Below are positions 51,534-61,988 of a stretch of 64,000 nt of DNA, piece by piece. The notes under the pieces are model-generated. The model was given only the letters and a program-made list of their open reading frames with translations. It was not told the DNA's origin and did no database searches. Position 1 is the first letter of the stretch, and each line of letters opens with the position of its first letter. Made by a program: the position numbers and the translations under genes. The stretch is from the NCBI GenBank assembly GCA_963704885.1, contig CAVPIB010000004.1:1056001-1120000 (forward strand). The letters are read 5' to 3'. The stretch comes from an uncultured Actinomycetes bacterium (GTDB lineage Bacteria; Actinomycetota; UBA4738; HRBIN12).

Positions 51534-52562
51534 TCAGCTCGTGAGCTCGAGCACCTGACGCCCCAATACGGCGCGCCTGCGCAGCGCATCGAGCGCTTCG
51601 TGGATCCCTTCGAGCGGATAACGGCCCGCGATGGGCACCGTCAAAGCGCCCGCCGCCGCGAGCGTGAGCGCGTCCTGCAGGTCCAGACGCGTCGCCGCCA
51701 CCGTGGACACGAACGACGTCTCCGGCAGGATGAATTCGATCGGATGGATCTCGAGTAACTGGTCCGTGTAGCCCGTCGACACGAAACGCCCGCCCTTGGC
51801 GAGGGACCGGATGCCCGCGTTCATGGTCTGGGTCGTCCCCACGAGCTCGTAGAAGACGTCGGTGCCTCGTCCGTCCGTGAGCGCTCGCACTCGGTCCGGC
51901 ACGGTCTCGTAGCTCTCCGGCGAGTCGACCAGCACCCCATCGCTCGCACCATGTGATCTCGCAAGCTCGAGCTTCTCCTCCGAGTCGCCGATCGCGATCA
52001 CTCGTGCGCCGGCGTGGGCCGCCGCCTGAACCACGATGATGCCGACGCCACCGATCCCGTTCACGACCGCGGTGTCTCCCAGGCGCAGCCCCGAGAGCTT
52101 GGTCGCGTGTATCGCCGTCATCCCTGCGCACGTGAGGACGGAGGCGGCCGCCAGGTCGACGTCGTCGGGAACCGGCACGGCGTTCTGCTCGGGGACGACG
52201 ACGTACTCGGCGTCGCCTCCGTCCCGGTTGAAACCGAGCTGTTCGGGCTCGTTGTCGCAGATGTTCGTCCGGCCCTTGAGGCACTGCTCGCACCGACCGC
52301 AGAAGATCTTGTTGTAGATCGCGACGCGCGATCCGGTCGTCAAGGACACTCCATCTCCGACGCCCTCGACCATGCCGGCGGCCTCGTGCCCGAGCGTCAT
52401 CGGGTACGGGTCCGGCTTGATCATGCCGTCGAGGATGTGGAGATCGGTCCCACACACACCCGCGGCGTGGATCCGGATCAGCACCTCGCCCGGCCCCGGG
52501 ATCGGGTCGTCGATCTCGTCCAAACGCAGAGATAGGTCTTCGTGGATCCGTACCGCACGCAT
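51534..52562 (-). CDS. Zn-dependent alcohol dehydrogenase (MDR)
   Basis: GVCGTD, GHE, CGRCEQC...C, GIGGVG. Confidence 0.92.
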   Translation of the reverse strand: MRAVRIHEDLSLRLDEIDDPIPGPGEVLIRIHAAGVCGTDLHILDGMIKPDPYPMTLGHEAAGMVEGVGDGVSLTTGSRVAIYNKIFCGRCEQCLKGRTNICDNEPEQLGFNRDGGDAEYVVVPEQNAVPVPDDVDLAAASVLTCAGMTAIHATKLSGLRLGDTAVVNGIGGVGIIVVQAAAHAGARVIAIGDSEEKLELARSHGASDGVLVDSPESYETVPDRVRALTDGRGTDVFYELVGTTQTMNAGIRSLAKGGRFVSTGYTDQLLEIHPIEFILPETSFVSTVAATRLDLQDALTLAAAGALTVPIAGRYPLEGIHEALDALRRRAVLGRQVLELTS

Positions 52563-53270
52563 CTACGCTCCTTCTCCCTCGGTGGGACCGGCAGAATGGT
52601 CGTCGCCATACGCCATGTCCCAGAACTCGGCCTCGTACCGTGTGGATCGCTCGAAGATCCGCGAGAGGCTCGCCATGCGGCCCTCGTCGCTCGGATCGAC
52701 GAGTCTGTCGAGCAGAGCCGTGCTCTGCGCCACCAGCCCGTCGTATTCGTCGTTGCCGAACATCCCGATCCAGTCGGCGTAGATCGGGTCATCCGGCGGG
52801 TGCGCCGTGAGCGGCCGCGCCAACTCCCCGTAGCTCCACTGGCACGGCAGCACCGCGGTGAGTCCATCCGCGCAGTCGCCGAGAGCGCAGACGGAAAGGA
52901 GGTGCCGCGTGTACCCGTAGGTGGCCGGGAACATCTCGCCTCGGCCGGCGAACGTGTCGGGATCACCTCCAAGGCGATCGAGGAAAGCGAGGTTGGCAGG
53001 GATCTCGCCCTCGACGATCCGCGCCTGGAACCTCGTGAGGACCGTGATCGCATCCCGGTCGGGGGCCTTCCCGACGATCATGCCGATGGCTCGCGCATAG
53101 TCCTCGAGATACGGGATGTTCTGAGTGAAGTACCGCCTGAAGGTCTCGTGCGGGAGCGAGCCGTCCGCGATGCCCCTTACCATCGGGTGATGGACCGCTG
53201 CATCCCACGAATCCCTCCCTTGCCGGTGAAGGATCGAAGCCACGCGGCCATCTGGCCGTTCCCCGGTCAC
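52563..53270 (-). CDS. tenA: TenA / thiaminase II family protein (Cys-type, variant)
   Basis: HPMVRGIADGSL, YTRHL, LPCQWSY (catalytic Cys), YADWIGMF, YEAEFWDMAY. Confidence 0.88.
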   Translation of the reverse strand: MTGERPDGRVASILHRQGRDSWDAAVHHPMVRGIADGSLPHETFRRYFTQNIPYLEDYARAIGMIVGKAPDRDAITVLTRFQARIVEGEIPANLAFLDRLGGDPDTFAGRGEMFPATYGYTRHLLSVCALGDCADGLTAVLPCQWSYGELARPLTAHPPDDPIYADWIGMFGNDEYDGLVAQSTALLDRLVDPSDEGRMASLSRIFERSTRYEAEFWDMAYGDDHSAGPTEGEGA

Positions 53271-53989
53271 TCAACCACCTCGTCTTCGAACGCCGCCCTC
53301 GTGGCCAGCTGATCTGCCAGGACGCTGCCGATGTGGACCCGCATCAGCCGCTCCGCCTCGTCCGGATCGCGCGCGACGATCGCCTCCACGATCGCTGCGT
53401 GTTCCTCGACGGATGACTCGACCCGTCCGGGGATGCTCTCCGTGAGCTTGCCGATCCTCGTGAGGTGCGCCCGCAGGTTGTCGATCAGGGCCCCGATCCG
53501 CTCGTTCTTCACCTGTGCGTACACGATCACGTCGAACCGCTCCAACAGTCCCGCCAGCCCGACCAGATCGCCCGCGTCCCGGAGCTCACGGCTGCGGTCG
53601 ACCACGTCGCGCAGCGCGCCGACGGTTTCATGGTTCGACCCCTCGGCAGCTGCACGCGCGGCGGCCCCTTCCAGTAGCGCGCGCAGCTCGTAGATCTCCA
53701 TCAGATCCCGCTCCGAGTAGCCCGATACGACCGCGCCTTTGAAGGTGGTCGTCTCCACGAGTCCCTCCAGCTTGAGTCGCGCGAAGGCTTCGCGGAGCGG
53801 CGTCTTGCTCACCCCCAGCTGTTCGGCCAGCGCCGCCTCCCGCAGCGGCTCGCCGGGAAGGAGACGAAGCTCGATGATCGCGTCACGGAGCTCCTCCCAC
53901 ACCCAATCGGTCATGTTGCGGCGGTCGGGGCGTCCCGTGAACACGGGCCGTTCTTCACTCGTCTCCGCGCTTCGCAGGTCGTCCATCAA
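53267..53989 (-). CDS. GntR/FCD-family transcriptional regulator
   Basis: LREAALAEQLGVSKTPLREA HTH; EIYELRALLEG and EEHAAI in the FCD domain. Confidence 0.92.
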   Translation of the reverse strand: MMDDLRSAETSEERPVFTGRPDRRNMTDWVWEELRDAIIELRLLPGEPLREAALAEQLGVSKTPLREAFARLKLEGLVETTTFKGAVVSGYSERDLMEIYELRALLEGAAARAAAEGSNHETVGALRDVVDRSRELRDAGDLVGLAGLLERFDVIVYAQVKNERIGALIDNLRAHLTRIGKLTESIPGRVESSVEEHAAIVEAIVARDPDEAERLMRVHIGSVLADQLATRAAFEDEVVE

Positions 53990-54438
53990 TCGTCTCCTTG
54001 TCCGAACCGGCGTTCATCTCCCGCTGGGGTCGATGCCTCCTCGACGAGCTCGACGAGCACGCCGCCGAAGGCTGCAGGATGCAGGAAGGCGATACGCGTT
54101 CCCATACCTCCAGGCCGCGGCTCACTATCGATGAGCGGAACGCCGCGCTCAGCCAGGTCGGCGAGCGCCGGCGCGATCGCGTCGACCGCGAAAGCGACGT
54201 GGTGCAGCCCAGGGCCCCGCTTGTCGAGGAACCGCTGGACCGTGCCGTCCCCCGTTGCCTCCAGCGTCTGAACGTACGAGGGTCCGAGCTCGTACATGCG
54301 CTCCAGGAACCCGGGCCCTTCCTCCGCGTGCACGGAGGGACCGATCAGCGATCCGAGCGCGTCCTCGCAGACCGGGTCGTCGCCGTGGGCGATCGCGACG
54401 TGGTGCAGACCCGTGACGTGCCAGCCCTCGGTGCTCAT
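53986..54438 (-). CDS. VOC-family methylmalonyl-CoA epimerase-like protein
   Basis: HHVAIA, FLDKRGPGLHHVAF, IAFLHP, GVLVELVE. Confidence 0.85.
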   Translation of the reverse strand: MSTEGWHVTGLHHVAIAHGDDPVCEDALGSLIGPSVHAEEGPGFLERMYELGPSYVQTLEATGDGTVQRFLDKRGPGLHHVAFAVDAIAPALADLAERGVPLIDSEPRPGGMGTRIAFLHPAAFGGVLVELVEEASTPAGDERRFGQGDD

Positions 54439-55439
54439 CTGGCGCCTCCCTCCGACGACTGCGTGAAACAACGGGAGAAGGCCTCGACCGTCTCCATCCG
54501 TCGGGCGCCCAGCGGGAAGACGTGGACCGAATCGGCGCCTGCGGCGGCCACGGCCTCGATGCGCTCCCGAGCCTGACTCGCGTTGCCGGCCAGCGCCACA
54601 GCCCGAACGAACTCGTCCGGCAGCAAGCGCGCCGCCTCCTCGGCCTCCTGGAACTCCCCACCCGCGTAGCGTTCGCGGACCTGCTCGATGAGCGACGACG
54701 GGAGGCCCGCGAGCTCACAGATGACGGGAGCCGTCTGCGGGAACCACGCGGCGATCGACCGGGCTGATGCGAGCGCGGCGTCCTCGTCGTCGTCGATCGC
54801 CCCGTACGCGAACACGGCCACGTGCGGCCGCGGTCGCCCCGCCTTCGCGGCGCCCCGGTCCACGTGTTCGAGCGCCCACGCGAGCGCGTCGGGGAACAGG
54901 CCGACGAGCAGGATCACCCCATCGGCGATCTCGCCGGCCAGCTCGAGCGTCTTCGGTCCGCTCGCCGAGATGTAGACGGGGATGTCGGGACGGGCGCCGA
55001 ATCGAAGATGCGCGTCGTGAAGCTCGAAGCCTGCGTCCTCGACCGTTACCTCCTCGCCCGACCACAGCGCACGGATCGCGCCGATCGTCGCTCGGAGCGA
55101 GGCGAGTCTCGCCGGTCGCATCCCCAGCGCGAGGAGGGGTCGGTCACCGGCGCCGATCCCCAGGATCATGCGGCCGTCGGAGATCTCGTCCACCGTCGCG
55201 GCCGCCACCGCCGTGATCGCGGGATGGCGAGTGAGCGGGTTCGTGACGGCGGTCCCGAGCAGTAACCGGGGAGACGTCATCGCCGCGAGGGTGAGGTAGG
55301 CGTAGGAGTTGCGAGCGTGCAGGGACGAATCGGTGAGCCAGAGGTTCGAGTAGCCCAGAGCATCGATCCTTTCGACCATCGATCGGAACTCGCCGGGCGG
55401 ATACGCCCCCTGGAGCACCACGCCCGACCGAAGGCTCAT
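54435..55439 (-). CDS. LLM-class (Mer-like, probably F420-dependent) oxidoreductase
   Basis: [40 protein letters not shown]; ATG at 55439. Confidence 0.87.
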   Translation of the reverse strand: MSLRSGVVLQGAYPPGEFRSMVERIDALGYSNLWLTDSSLHARNSYAYLTLAAMTSPRLLLGTAVTNPLTRHPAITAVAAATVDEISDGRMILGIGAGDRPLLALGMRPARLASLRATIGAIRALWSGEEVTVEDAGFELHDAHLRFGARPDIPVYISASGPKTLELAGEIADGVILLVGLFPDALAWALEHVDRGAAKAGRPRPHVAVFAYGAIDDDEDAALASARSIAAWFPQTAPVICELAGLPSSLIEQVRERYAGGEFQEAEEAARLLPDEFVRAVALAGNASQARERIEAVAAAGADSVHVFPLGARRMETVEAFSRCFTQSSEGGAR

Positions 55440-56517
55440 GCGGAAAGCTCCTCGAACCGCTCGACCGTCCGCGCCAGTGCCCGCACCCCGTCCTCGATCG
55501 GACCCGTCTCGATCCATTCCTCCGGCGTGTGCTCGCCCGATCCTGTGGTCACTCCCACGGCGATCGCCGGGATCCCACGGGCGTGGGCGGCGTTCGCATC
55601 GGTGCTCGTGGGTGGAGTCACCGAAGCTATGCCGACCTCGCCGAGCGCGTCCTGCGCGGCGCGGACGAGGGCATGTTCCTGGTCCACGCGGCCGGCGGGC
55701 CGGTCGCCGAGCACCTCTTGCTCCAGCGAGAGGGGTGGATCTACCTGCATGGCCAAGTCGTCCACCTGGCGCGCCAGCGCCGCGAGAGCATCCGGATCGT
55801 CGGCCCGGAGGTCGAGCTCGAACCACGCCTCGCGTGCCCGCATGTTGATGCCCTCGCCACCGCCGATGCGACCGATGTTCACGGAGGTCCCCTCGCGGCG
55901 AGGGATCGCGGCGATCGACCCGACGAGCTCGGGCGACACGGTGGACCGCGCTCGGCATCTCGGCGGCCTCCCACGCGTGACCACCAGGACCGCTCACGCG
56001 GATGCGACGGCGAACCGATCCGACGCCGACCGTCGACACGCGGCCCAGGTAGTTCCCTTCGACGGCGACGAACCCGGCGACCGGCGAGGGCGAGGCGTCG
56101 AGCGCTGCGATCGCTCCGCGCAGGTTGCCGAGACCCTCTTCACCCACGCTGGCGAGCAGCCAGACGGCCCCTCCATCGTCGTGCGAGCAACGCGCCGGCC
56201 GAGGACAGGGCTGCGACGCCGACGGAGTCGTCGCCGACGCTCGGACCGACGAGCGTCTCGCCTTCGACACGCACGATGTGGGGCACCCCGGATCCGAACA
56301 CGGTGTCGAGGTGTGCGCACAGGATGACGATCGGACCGTCACCACTCCGCGCCCGTCCCCAGACGTTGCCGGCCGCGTCTACGTGCACCTCATCGAGCCC
56401 ATCGAGCTCCCACCACGATCGGACCAACGCGGCTCGCTCCCCTTCGGCCCCCGTCGGCGCGGGCACCTCGGCGATCTCGATCGTTCGACGCACCACGGTC
56501 TCCGTGACGTCGCTCAC
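55436..56517 (-). CDS. M20 metallohydrolase; frameshifts near 56180 and 55932
   Basis: AHLDTVF, GPSVGDD | VGEEGLGNLRG, GGHAW | NIGRIGGG, STDAN, HTPEEW spread over three frames; each junction is repaired by removing one base. Confidence 0.8.
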
Positions 56518-57716
56518 GAGGCGATCGCCACCCCTTCGGCCACCAGCGCGCCGACGTCCTCCCGGCTGTAGCCGAGCTCGGTCAAGACGTCGAACGTGTG
56601 CTCCCCGAGCGCGGGCGCCGGCGACGGATAGTCGAGCGGCTCCAGGTCGAACCGCACCGGCGTCCCCACGACGCGGTAGTCGCCGGCGCTCGCGTGATGC
56701 AGCTCCTGCACCGCGCCCAGAGCCCGCGTCTGTTCGCTCGCGAGGATCTGCGCGATGTCTTGGACCTCGGCCGCCGGGACGCCTTCGGCGCCGAGCAACG
56801 CCAGCCAGTGCTCGCTCGGCTCCCGGCGAAGAACCTCTTCCAGCGCGGCCGTCAACTCGTCGCGGTGGCTGACGCGAGAGGCGTTATCTGCGAACCGGGG
56901 ATCGTCGAGCAGGTGCTGGGCACCGAGCACCCCGCAGCACCGGACCCACAGGTCTTCGGAGCCGGCCCCCGCCAGCACGATCCAACCGTCGGCGGTGCGG
57001 AACCCGCCGTAGGGCGCGAAGGTCGGAGAGTGCGTCCCCAGCAGGCCGGGCACCTGCCCCGAGACGAACGTGCTCGCCGCGAGCGACCCGAGGGCGGCGA
57101 GCGCGAACTCGAGCAACGAGGACGACACGTGCCTCCCGATCCCGGTGCGCTCCCGTTCGACGTGCGCGGCCAAGAGGCCGAACGCGCAGCACATGCCCGC
57201 GCCGACGTCCAGCACGGGAGCGCCGACCTTCACCGGGCCCGACCCCTCGCTGCCGGTGACGCTCATCAGCCCGCTCTCGGCCTGAAGGATCAGATCGAAC
57301 CCGCCGCGGGCCGCGTCGGGCCCGACGTCGCCATAGCCGGAGATAGAGCCGTAGACGATCGACGGGAAGCGCTCGTGCACGGTCTCCCAGTCCAGCCCGT
57401 AACGCGCGAAGCTTCCCGGCCGGGCGTTCTCGACCAGGAAGTGCGAGGAGGCGAGCAACCGGTCGACCGCCTCGGTCGCCAGAGGCGAGCGGAAGTCCAG
57501 AGCGAGGCTCCGCTTGCCCGAGTTCAGCGAGAGGAACAGCACCGACTGATCCCCGAGCCGCTCGGTCCCTTGCACCCGGTACGGATCTCCCCCCGGCGGC
57601 ACCTCGAGCTTCACGACGTCGGCGCCGAACGCCGCCAACAGCGCGGTCGTCTGCGATCCGGCCACGAAACGCGTCAGATCGAGAACGCGCAGGCCTTCGA
57701 GCGGCCGGCTCACCAT
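56514..57716 (-). CDS. Family III CoA-transferase (CaiB/BaiF)
   Basis: [51 protein letters not shown]. Confidence 0.92.
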   Translation of the reverse strand: MVSRPLEGLRVLDLTRFVAGSQTTALLAAFGADVVKLEVPPGGDPYRVQGTERLGDQSVLFLSLNSGKRSLALDFRSPLATEAVDRLLASSHFLVENARPGSFARYGLDWETVHERFPSIVYGSISGYGDVGPDAARGGFDLILQAESGLMSVTGSEGSGPVKVGAPVLDVGAGMCCAFGLLAAHVERERTGIGRHVSSSLLEFALAALGSLAASTFVSGQVPGLLGTHSPTFAPYGGFRTADGWIVLAGAGSEDLWVRCCGVLGAQHLLDDPRFADNASRVSHRDELTAALEEVLRREPSEHWLALLGAEGVPAAEVQDIAQILASEQTRALGAVQELHHASAGDYRVVGTPVRFDLEPLDYPSPAPALGEHTFDVLTELGYSREDVGALVAEGVAIAS

Positions 57717-59305
57717 GGATGCGGCTCCCTGAACTCGCCGAATACCGATCGGAAGACATCCGACAGCTCTCCCAAAGTGGCCCCGACTCGCACAGCGTCG
57801 ACCAGCGAGGGCATCACGTTGGAGCCGTCACGGGCGGCGGCCTCCACGACGGCCGTCGCGTCAGCGCACGCCGCCTGGTCGCGGGCAGCCACGCGCGACG
57901 CGGTGCGCGCCACCTGCCGGTCCGCGATCGAAGGATCCAGCGCGAACAGCTCCGGGGTCTCGGCGGAGGTCTCAGCTGGGTCCGCGTACACGTTCACCCC
58001 GACCCGCGGTCGCGTTCCGTCGGCGGTCTCGCGTTCGATCCGGTACGCGGACTCTGCGATCCAGCGTTGCGACACGCCTCGTTCGATCGCCTCCACCGCG
58101 CCTCCGAGCGCCGCGATCTCGGTCAGGACCTCGTTCGCACGCGCCTCGAGCTCGTCGGTCAGCGTCTCCAGGTAGTAGGAACCGGCCAAAGGATCGACCG
58201 TCCGAGGCACGCCCGACTCCAGGGCGACGATCTGCTGCGTGCGGAGCGAGAGCGTCACCGCCTCCTCCGACGGGATCTCGAACGCCTCGTCGTAGCCCAT
58301 CACGTGGATCGACTGCGCTCCCCCGAGCACCGCCCCGAGGCACTGGATCGTCGAGCGGATGATGTTGTTGAGAGGCTGCTGCGCGGTAAGCGTGGTGCCT
58401 GAATTGCCCGAGAAGAACCGCAGCCGCCCGGAGTTCGGGTCCTTCGCGCCGAACCGTTCGGTGGCGATCCGGTACCACATCCGTCGCGCCGCGCGGAGCT
58501 TCGCCACCTCCTCGAACAGGTCCATCGTGGTGGCGAAGTGGAACGAGAGCCGCGGTGCGAACGAATCGAAGTCCAAGCCGCGAGCGACCAGAGCTTCCGC
58601 GTACGCGATCGCCGACGCCAGCGTCAGTGCCAGCTCCTGGACCGCGTCGCAGCCAGCCTCACGCGCGTGGTATCCGGTGATCGAGATCGGATTGAACCTC
58701 GGGAGCCGCCCCGACGCGAACTCGATCACGTCGCAGGACAACCGCATCGACGGCTCGGGCGGGAAGACGAAGGTCTTGCGGGCGAGGAACTCCTTCAAGA
58801 TGTCGTTCTGAAGCGTGCCGGCGAGCGCTCCCTGGGACACGCCCTGCCGCTCGGCGGCCACGAGGTACATCGCCAGGATGATGGGGGCGGTCGCGTTGAT
58901 CGTGAAGTTCACCGAGATCTCGTCCAGCGGCAGCCCCGCGAACAGGTCGACCATGTCCTCCGCGGTGTCGATCGCCACCCCGACCCGCCCGACCTCCGAC
59001 CGCGCCACGGGATGACCGGAGTCGTAGCCGAGCTGCGTTGGAAGATCGAACGCGACCGACAATGCCGTCTGGCCTCGATCGAGCAGGAAGCGGAACCTCT
59101 CGTTCGCCTCCTCGGGAGACCCGAAGCCTGCGAACTGACGCATGGTCCACAGCCGTCCGCGATACATCGAGGGATAGGGACCGCGCGTGAACGGCGGCGC
59201 TCCGGGGGCGCCGAGCCGTTCGGCCAACCCGGGCGCCAGGTCGTCTTCCGCATAGACCTCGCGCACAGGGATGCCGGCGTCGGTCACGTCGCGGACCTCG
59301 CTCAC
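57710..59305 (-). CDS. B12-dependent acyl-CoA mutase, large (substrate-binding) subunit
   Basis: [51 protein letters not shown]; GTG at 59305. Confidence 0.92.
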   Translation of the reverse strand: MSEVRDVTDAGIPVREVYAEDDLAPGLAERLGAPGAPPFTRGPYPSMYRGRLWTMRQFAGFGSPEEANERFRFLLDRGQTALSVAFDLPTQLGYDSGHPVARSEVGRVGVAIDTAEDMVDLFAGLPLDEISVNFTINATAPIILAMYLVAAERQGVSQGALAGTLQNDILKEFLARKTFVFPPEPSMRLSCDVIEFASGRLPRFNPISITGYHAREAGCDAVQELALTLASAIAYAEALVARGLDFDSFAPRLSFHFATTMDLFEEVAKLRAARRMWYRIATERFGAKDPNSGRLRFFSGNSGTTLTAQQPLNNIIRSTIQCLGAVLGGAQSIHVMGYDEAFEIPSEEAVTLSLRTQQIVALESGVPRTVDPLAGSYYLETLTDELEARANEVLTEIAALGGAVEAIERGVSQRWIAESAYRIERETADGTRPRVGVNVYADPAETSAETPELFALDPSIADRQVARTASRVAARDQAACADATAVVEAAARDGSNVMPSLVDAVRVGATLGELSDVFRSVFGEFREPHPW

Positions 59306-59707
59306 GGCTCCACCCGCTCTCGCGACGCCAGCGCGAGTACCCCCTCGACCACCTCGTGCAGTCCCGTGCCGACCGGGTAGACGGCCGCGACGCCCAGCTC
59401 CCGTGAGCGCTGCGGCGTCCACATCGGGGACCGTGCCGCCCACGACGACCGGGATGTGGACGCCCTCGGCATCCCGCGCCTGCAGGAGGTCGGCCGCGAG
59501 CGGCATGTGCGCGCCCGACAGCACCGAGATCCCGATCACGTCGACGTCTTCCTGGATCGCCGCCTGCACGATCTCAGGGGCCGTCCGGCGCAGGCCCAGA
59601 TAGACGACCTCCGCGCCGGCGTCCCGCAGCGCCATCGCGATCACCTTGATGCCGCGGTCGTGCCCGTCCAGTCCGGGCTTCGCGAGCAGGACGCGCGGCT
59701 GCCTCAC
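59302..59707 (-). CDS. Cobalamin-binding small subunit of the mutase; frameshift near 59400
   Basis: [10 protein letters not shown] (DxHxxG), SVLSGAH, GG; removing one base at ~59400 gives [12 protein letters not shown]...RVEP* with the stop overlapping the large-subunit GTG. Confidence 0.88.
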
Positions 59708-60666
59708 ACGAGCTCCCCCGCAACCATCACGGGCCGCCCATCCAGCTCGAGAGTCGCATCGCGCATCACGCAGTCCAGATGCGCGATCGCGTCCACGTTG
59801 CCGCCGTATGCGATGGAGTTCCCCAATGCGATGTGCGCCGTGCCGAGCGCCGACTCCGTCTCCATCGCCACCCCGCACACCCGTCCCGACGGATTGAACG
59901 CCATCGAGACCTCCGCCAGGTTGCCCATCCGGTCGTCGGCGCATCGCGCGAGCATCTCCTGGAGCCGGCCCGCCTCCTCCCCCTCGACGCCGGCCAGCTC
60001 GCCGGCCGCGAAGTGGAGCACGACGGGCGAGGGCAGCGGCCCCTGGCCCATGAACAACAGGTCGGCGTCCACGACGACGATGCCCTCGCTCGAGCCCTCG
60101 ACCGGAGCCGTCCCCGACTCGATGTCGGGCGGCGCCATGTAGTCGCCGTCATCACGAGCGAGTCCGTGCAACACCCGGCCGGGACGGCCTTCGACCGATC
60201 CGCGCAGATCGGTGCCGGCAGGCGTCGTTAGGTGGAAGGCGGCGGCCTTCCCCCATGCGGCGCCCACCCGTTCGGCGTCGGCACGGATCGCGTCGAAGTC
60301 GACCGCGAGCGGGCCATCGTCGCGGAACGTCTCCAGCCGAACGCCGGGCATCGCGAGGTAGCGCACGCCCGCCTGGGTGGCGCTGCGTCGGGCCGCGCTC
60401 GAGCCGATGAACAGGCTCGTCAGCTCGATGACGGCACCCGCCTCGAGCATCGCGGCCGCAGCGGTGCTGGGTGGCTCCGAACCGGGCAACGGGGGCGTGG
60501 GGATCTTCGAGACCACGGCCACGCCGTTGCGAGCCTCGATGCCCGTGACCAACCCGGCCACGACGTCCAGGTCGGTCCCGTCGTCGGTCAGCAGCAGGAC
60601 CTGTTCACCCGACCGAACGGCCAGACACCGATCGAGCAGGTTGTCGAAGCCCTTCGGCACGTCCAC
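59704..60666 (-). CDS. M29 'leucyl aminopeptidase'-like / NicX-like metalloenzyme
   Basis: [41 protein letters not shown]. Confidence 0.7.
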   Translation of the reverse strand: MDVPKGFDNLLDRCLAVRSGEQVLLLTDDGTDLDVVAGLVTGIEARNGVAVVSKIPTPPLPGSEPPSTAAAAMLEAGAVIELTSLFIGSSAARRSATQAGVRYLAMPGVRLETFRDDGPLAVDFDAIRADAERVGAAWGKAAAFHLTTPAGTDLRGSVEGRPGRVLHGLARDDGDYMAPPDIESGTAPVEGSSEGIVVVDADLLFMGQGPLPSPVVLHFAAGELAGVEGEEAGRLQEMLARCADDRMGNLAEVSMAFNPSGRVCGVAMETESALGTAHIALGNSIAYGGNVDAIAHLDCVMRDATLELDGRPVMVAGELV

Positions 60667-60670
60667 GCCA

Positions 60671-61855
60671 TCAGGTCCCTTCGGCTGACGTCAGCGCCAG
60701 CGCGGCAAAGACCGAGTAGACCTTCGTCGCCTCGTGGATGTCCTCGACCGTCAGGTGCTCGTCGGGGCAGTAGACGGGAGGTCCTCCGGGTCCGAAGATC
60801 ACGGTCGGCACCTTCTCCCCGAAGCTGGCCGTGTCGCCTAGCCAGTTCTCCACGACGAGCGGCGGCTCCTCCCCTCGCACGTCGCGCACCGCCGCTCGCA
60901 TCAGTCGCACGACGTCGTCGTCCGGAGCTGCGAGGTACCCCGCCTTCACGTCGGCCAGCACGACCTCCGCACGGAAGCGCGGGTCGGCCTTAGCCGCCTC
61001 GCCCAGGCACCTGTCGATCTCGGCGCGAACTTCGTCGATCGATACGCCGGGCTGCGGCCGGCAGTCGACGCGGATCACGCACTCGTCCGGGATCATGGAG
61101 GGACCACCGGGCGCGAGCCCACCGTAGATCCGGCCCGGGACTATGAAGGTCTCGGCTCCGAACAGGTCGACGATCCAGGGCTCCAGCTGCGGCTCGTACT
61201 TCGACGCGTCCAGGGCCAGCACCGCCTGGGCCGCGAGCACGTTCGCGTTGATCGCCTGTGGTTTGTGGCACGTGTGGGCGGACCGGCCGACCGTCGTGAT
61301 ATCGAAGTAGTAGCGACCCCTGTGTCCCAGGCAGACCTGGTTGTCGGTCAGCTCCCCGAGGACGCATAGGTCGGCGTCGAACTCGTCGAAGTACGCGATC
61401 GAACCGAGCTGGTCGCCCATATGGTCGGCCACCGCGGCCATGCTGACGGTGCCCTTCAGCGGCAACCCCGATGCGCGGACCGATTCGATCGCCACGATCT
61501 GACACGCCAGCGCGGCCTTCATGTCCATGACGCCGTGGCCGTATACCGACCCATCGATCAGGGCACCCGAGAACGGCTCCGTGACGCTCCACCCTTGCGA
61601 TACCGGCTTCGTGTCCATATGGCCGGTGAGGACAACCCTCGGGCCATCCCCGAACGAGGCGTGCCCGACGGCGTTGGGTCGGTCCGGAAGCACCGGTTGA
61701 AGCTGCACGCCCTCGAAGCCCGACTCGGACATAACGGAGGCCAGGAACGCAGCCAGTTCGCCCTCCTCACCGAGGACGGACGGGATCCGGCACACCTCCT
61801 GGACGAGCTCCACAGCGCGATCCAGATCGAGCGCATCCAGGACGTCGGTGGTCAC
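60671..61855 (-). CDS. ArgE/DapE/YlmB-like M20 deacylase
   Basis: GHMDT, GHGVMDMK, LGE, GRSAH; the usual DEE segment reads ADHM. Start uncertain (61855 or 61882). Confidence 0.8.
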   Translation of the reverse strand: MTTDVLDALDLDRAVELVQEVCRIPSVLGEEGELAAFLASVMSESGFEGVQLQPVLPDRPNAVGHASFGDGPRVVLTGHMDTKPVSQGWSVTEPFSGALIDGSVYGHGVMDMKAALACQIVAIESVRASGLPLKGTVSMAAVADHMGDQLGSIAYFDEFDADLCVLGELTDNQVCLGHRGRYYFDITTVGRSAHTCHKPQAINANVLAAQAVLALDASKYEPQLEPWIVDLFGAETFIVPGRIYGGLAPGGPSMIPDECVIRVDCRPQPGVSIDEVRAEIDRCLGEAAKADPRFRAEVVLADVKAGYLAAPDDDVVRLMRAAVRDVRGEEPPLVVENWLGDTASFGEKVPTVIFGPGGPPVYCPDEHLTVEDIHEATKVYSVFAALALTSAEGT

Positions 61856-61862
61856 CGAGGTG

Positions 61863-61988
61863 GTATCTGATATCTCACGCACCAGGGCGGAAAGGTAACG
61901 TCTGCACTGCCGATGGGTCAAACCCATCGTGGATCAGGTGCAAGGTCTTCGTTTGACAACGGTTCGCATCTCGTATCTCATATGCCGC
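61863..61988. promoter_or_regulatory. Divergent promoter region with 7-bp periodic RYATCTS repeats (putative GntR operator)
   Basis: GTATCTG-ATATCTC at 61863-61876; GCATCTC-GTATCTC at 61966-61979; TTGACA at 61953-61958; 8-bp inverted repeat at 61911-61929. Confidence 0.5.

Noticed and set aside
57710-59707. Mutase as the 2-methyleneglutarate mutase of nicotinate fermentation
   Set aside because: It has acyl-CoA mutase motifs and lies in a separate operon with a CoA-transferase and epimerase.
57710-59944. Permuted mutase with an N-terminal B12 domain (IcmF-like fusion)
   Set aside because: One extra base near 59400; after correction there are separate small and large subunits, and no MeaI GTPase domain.
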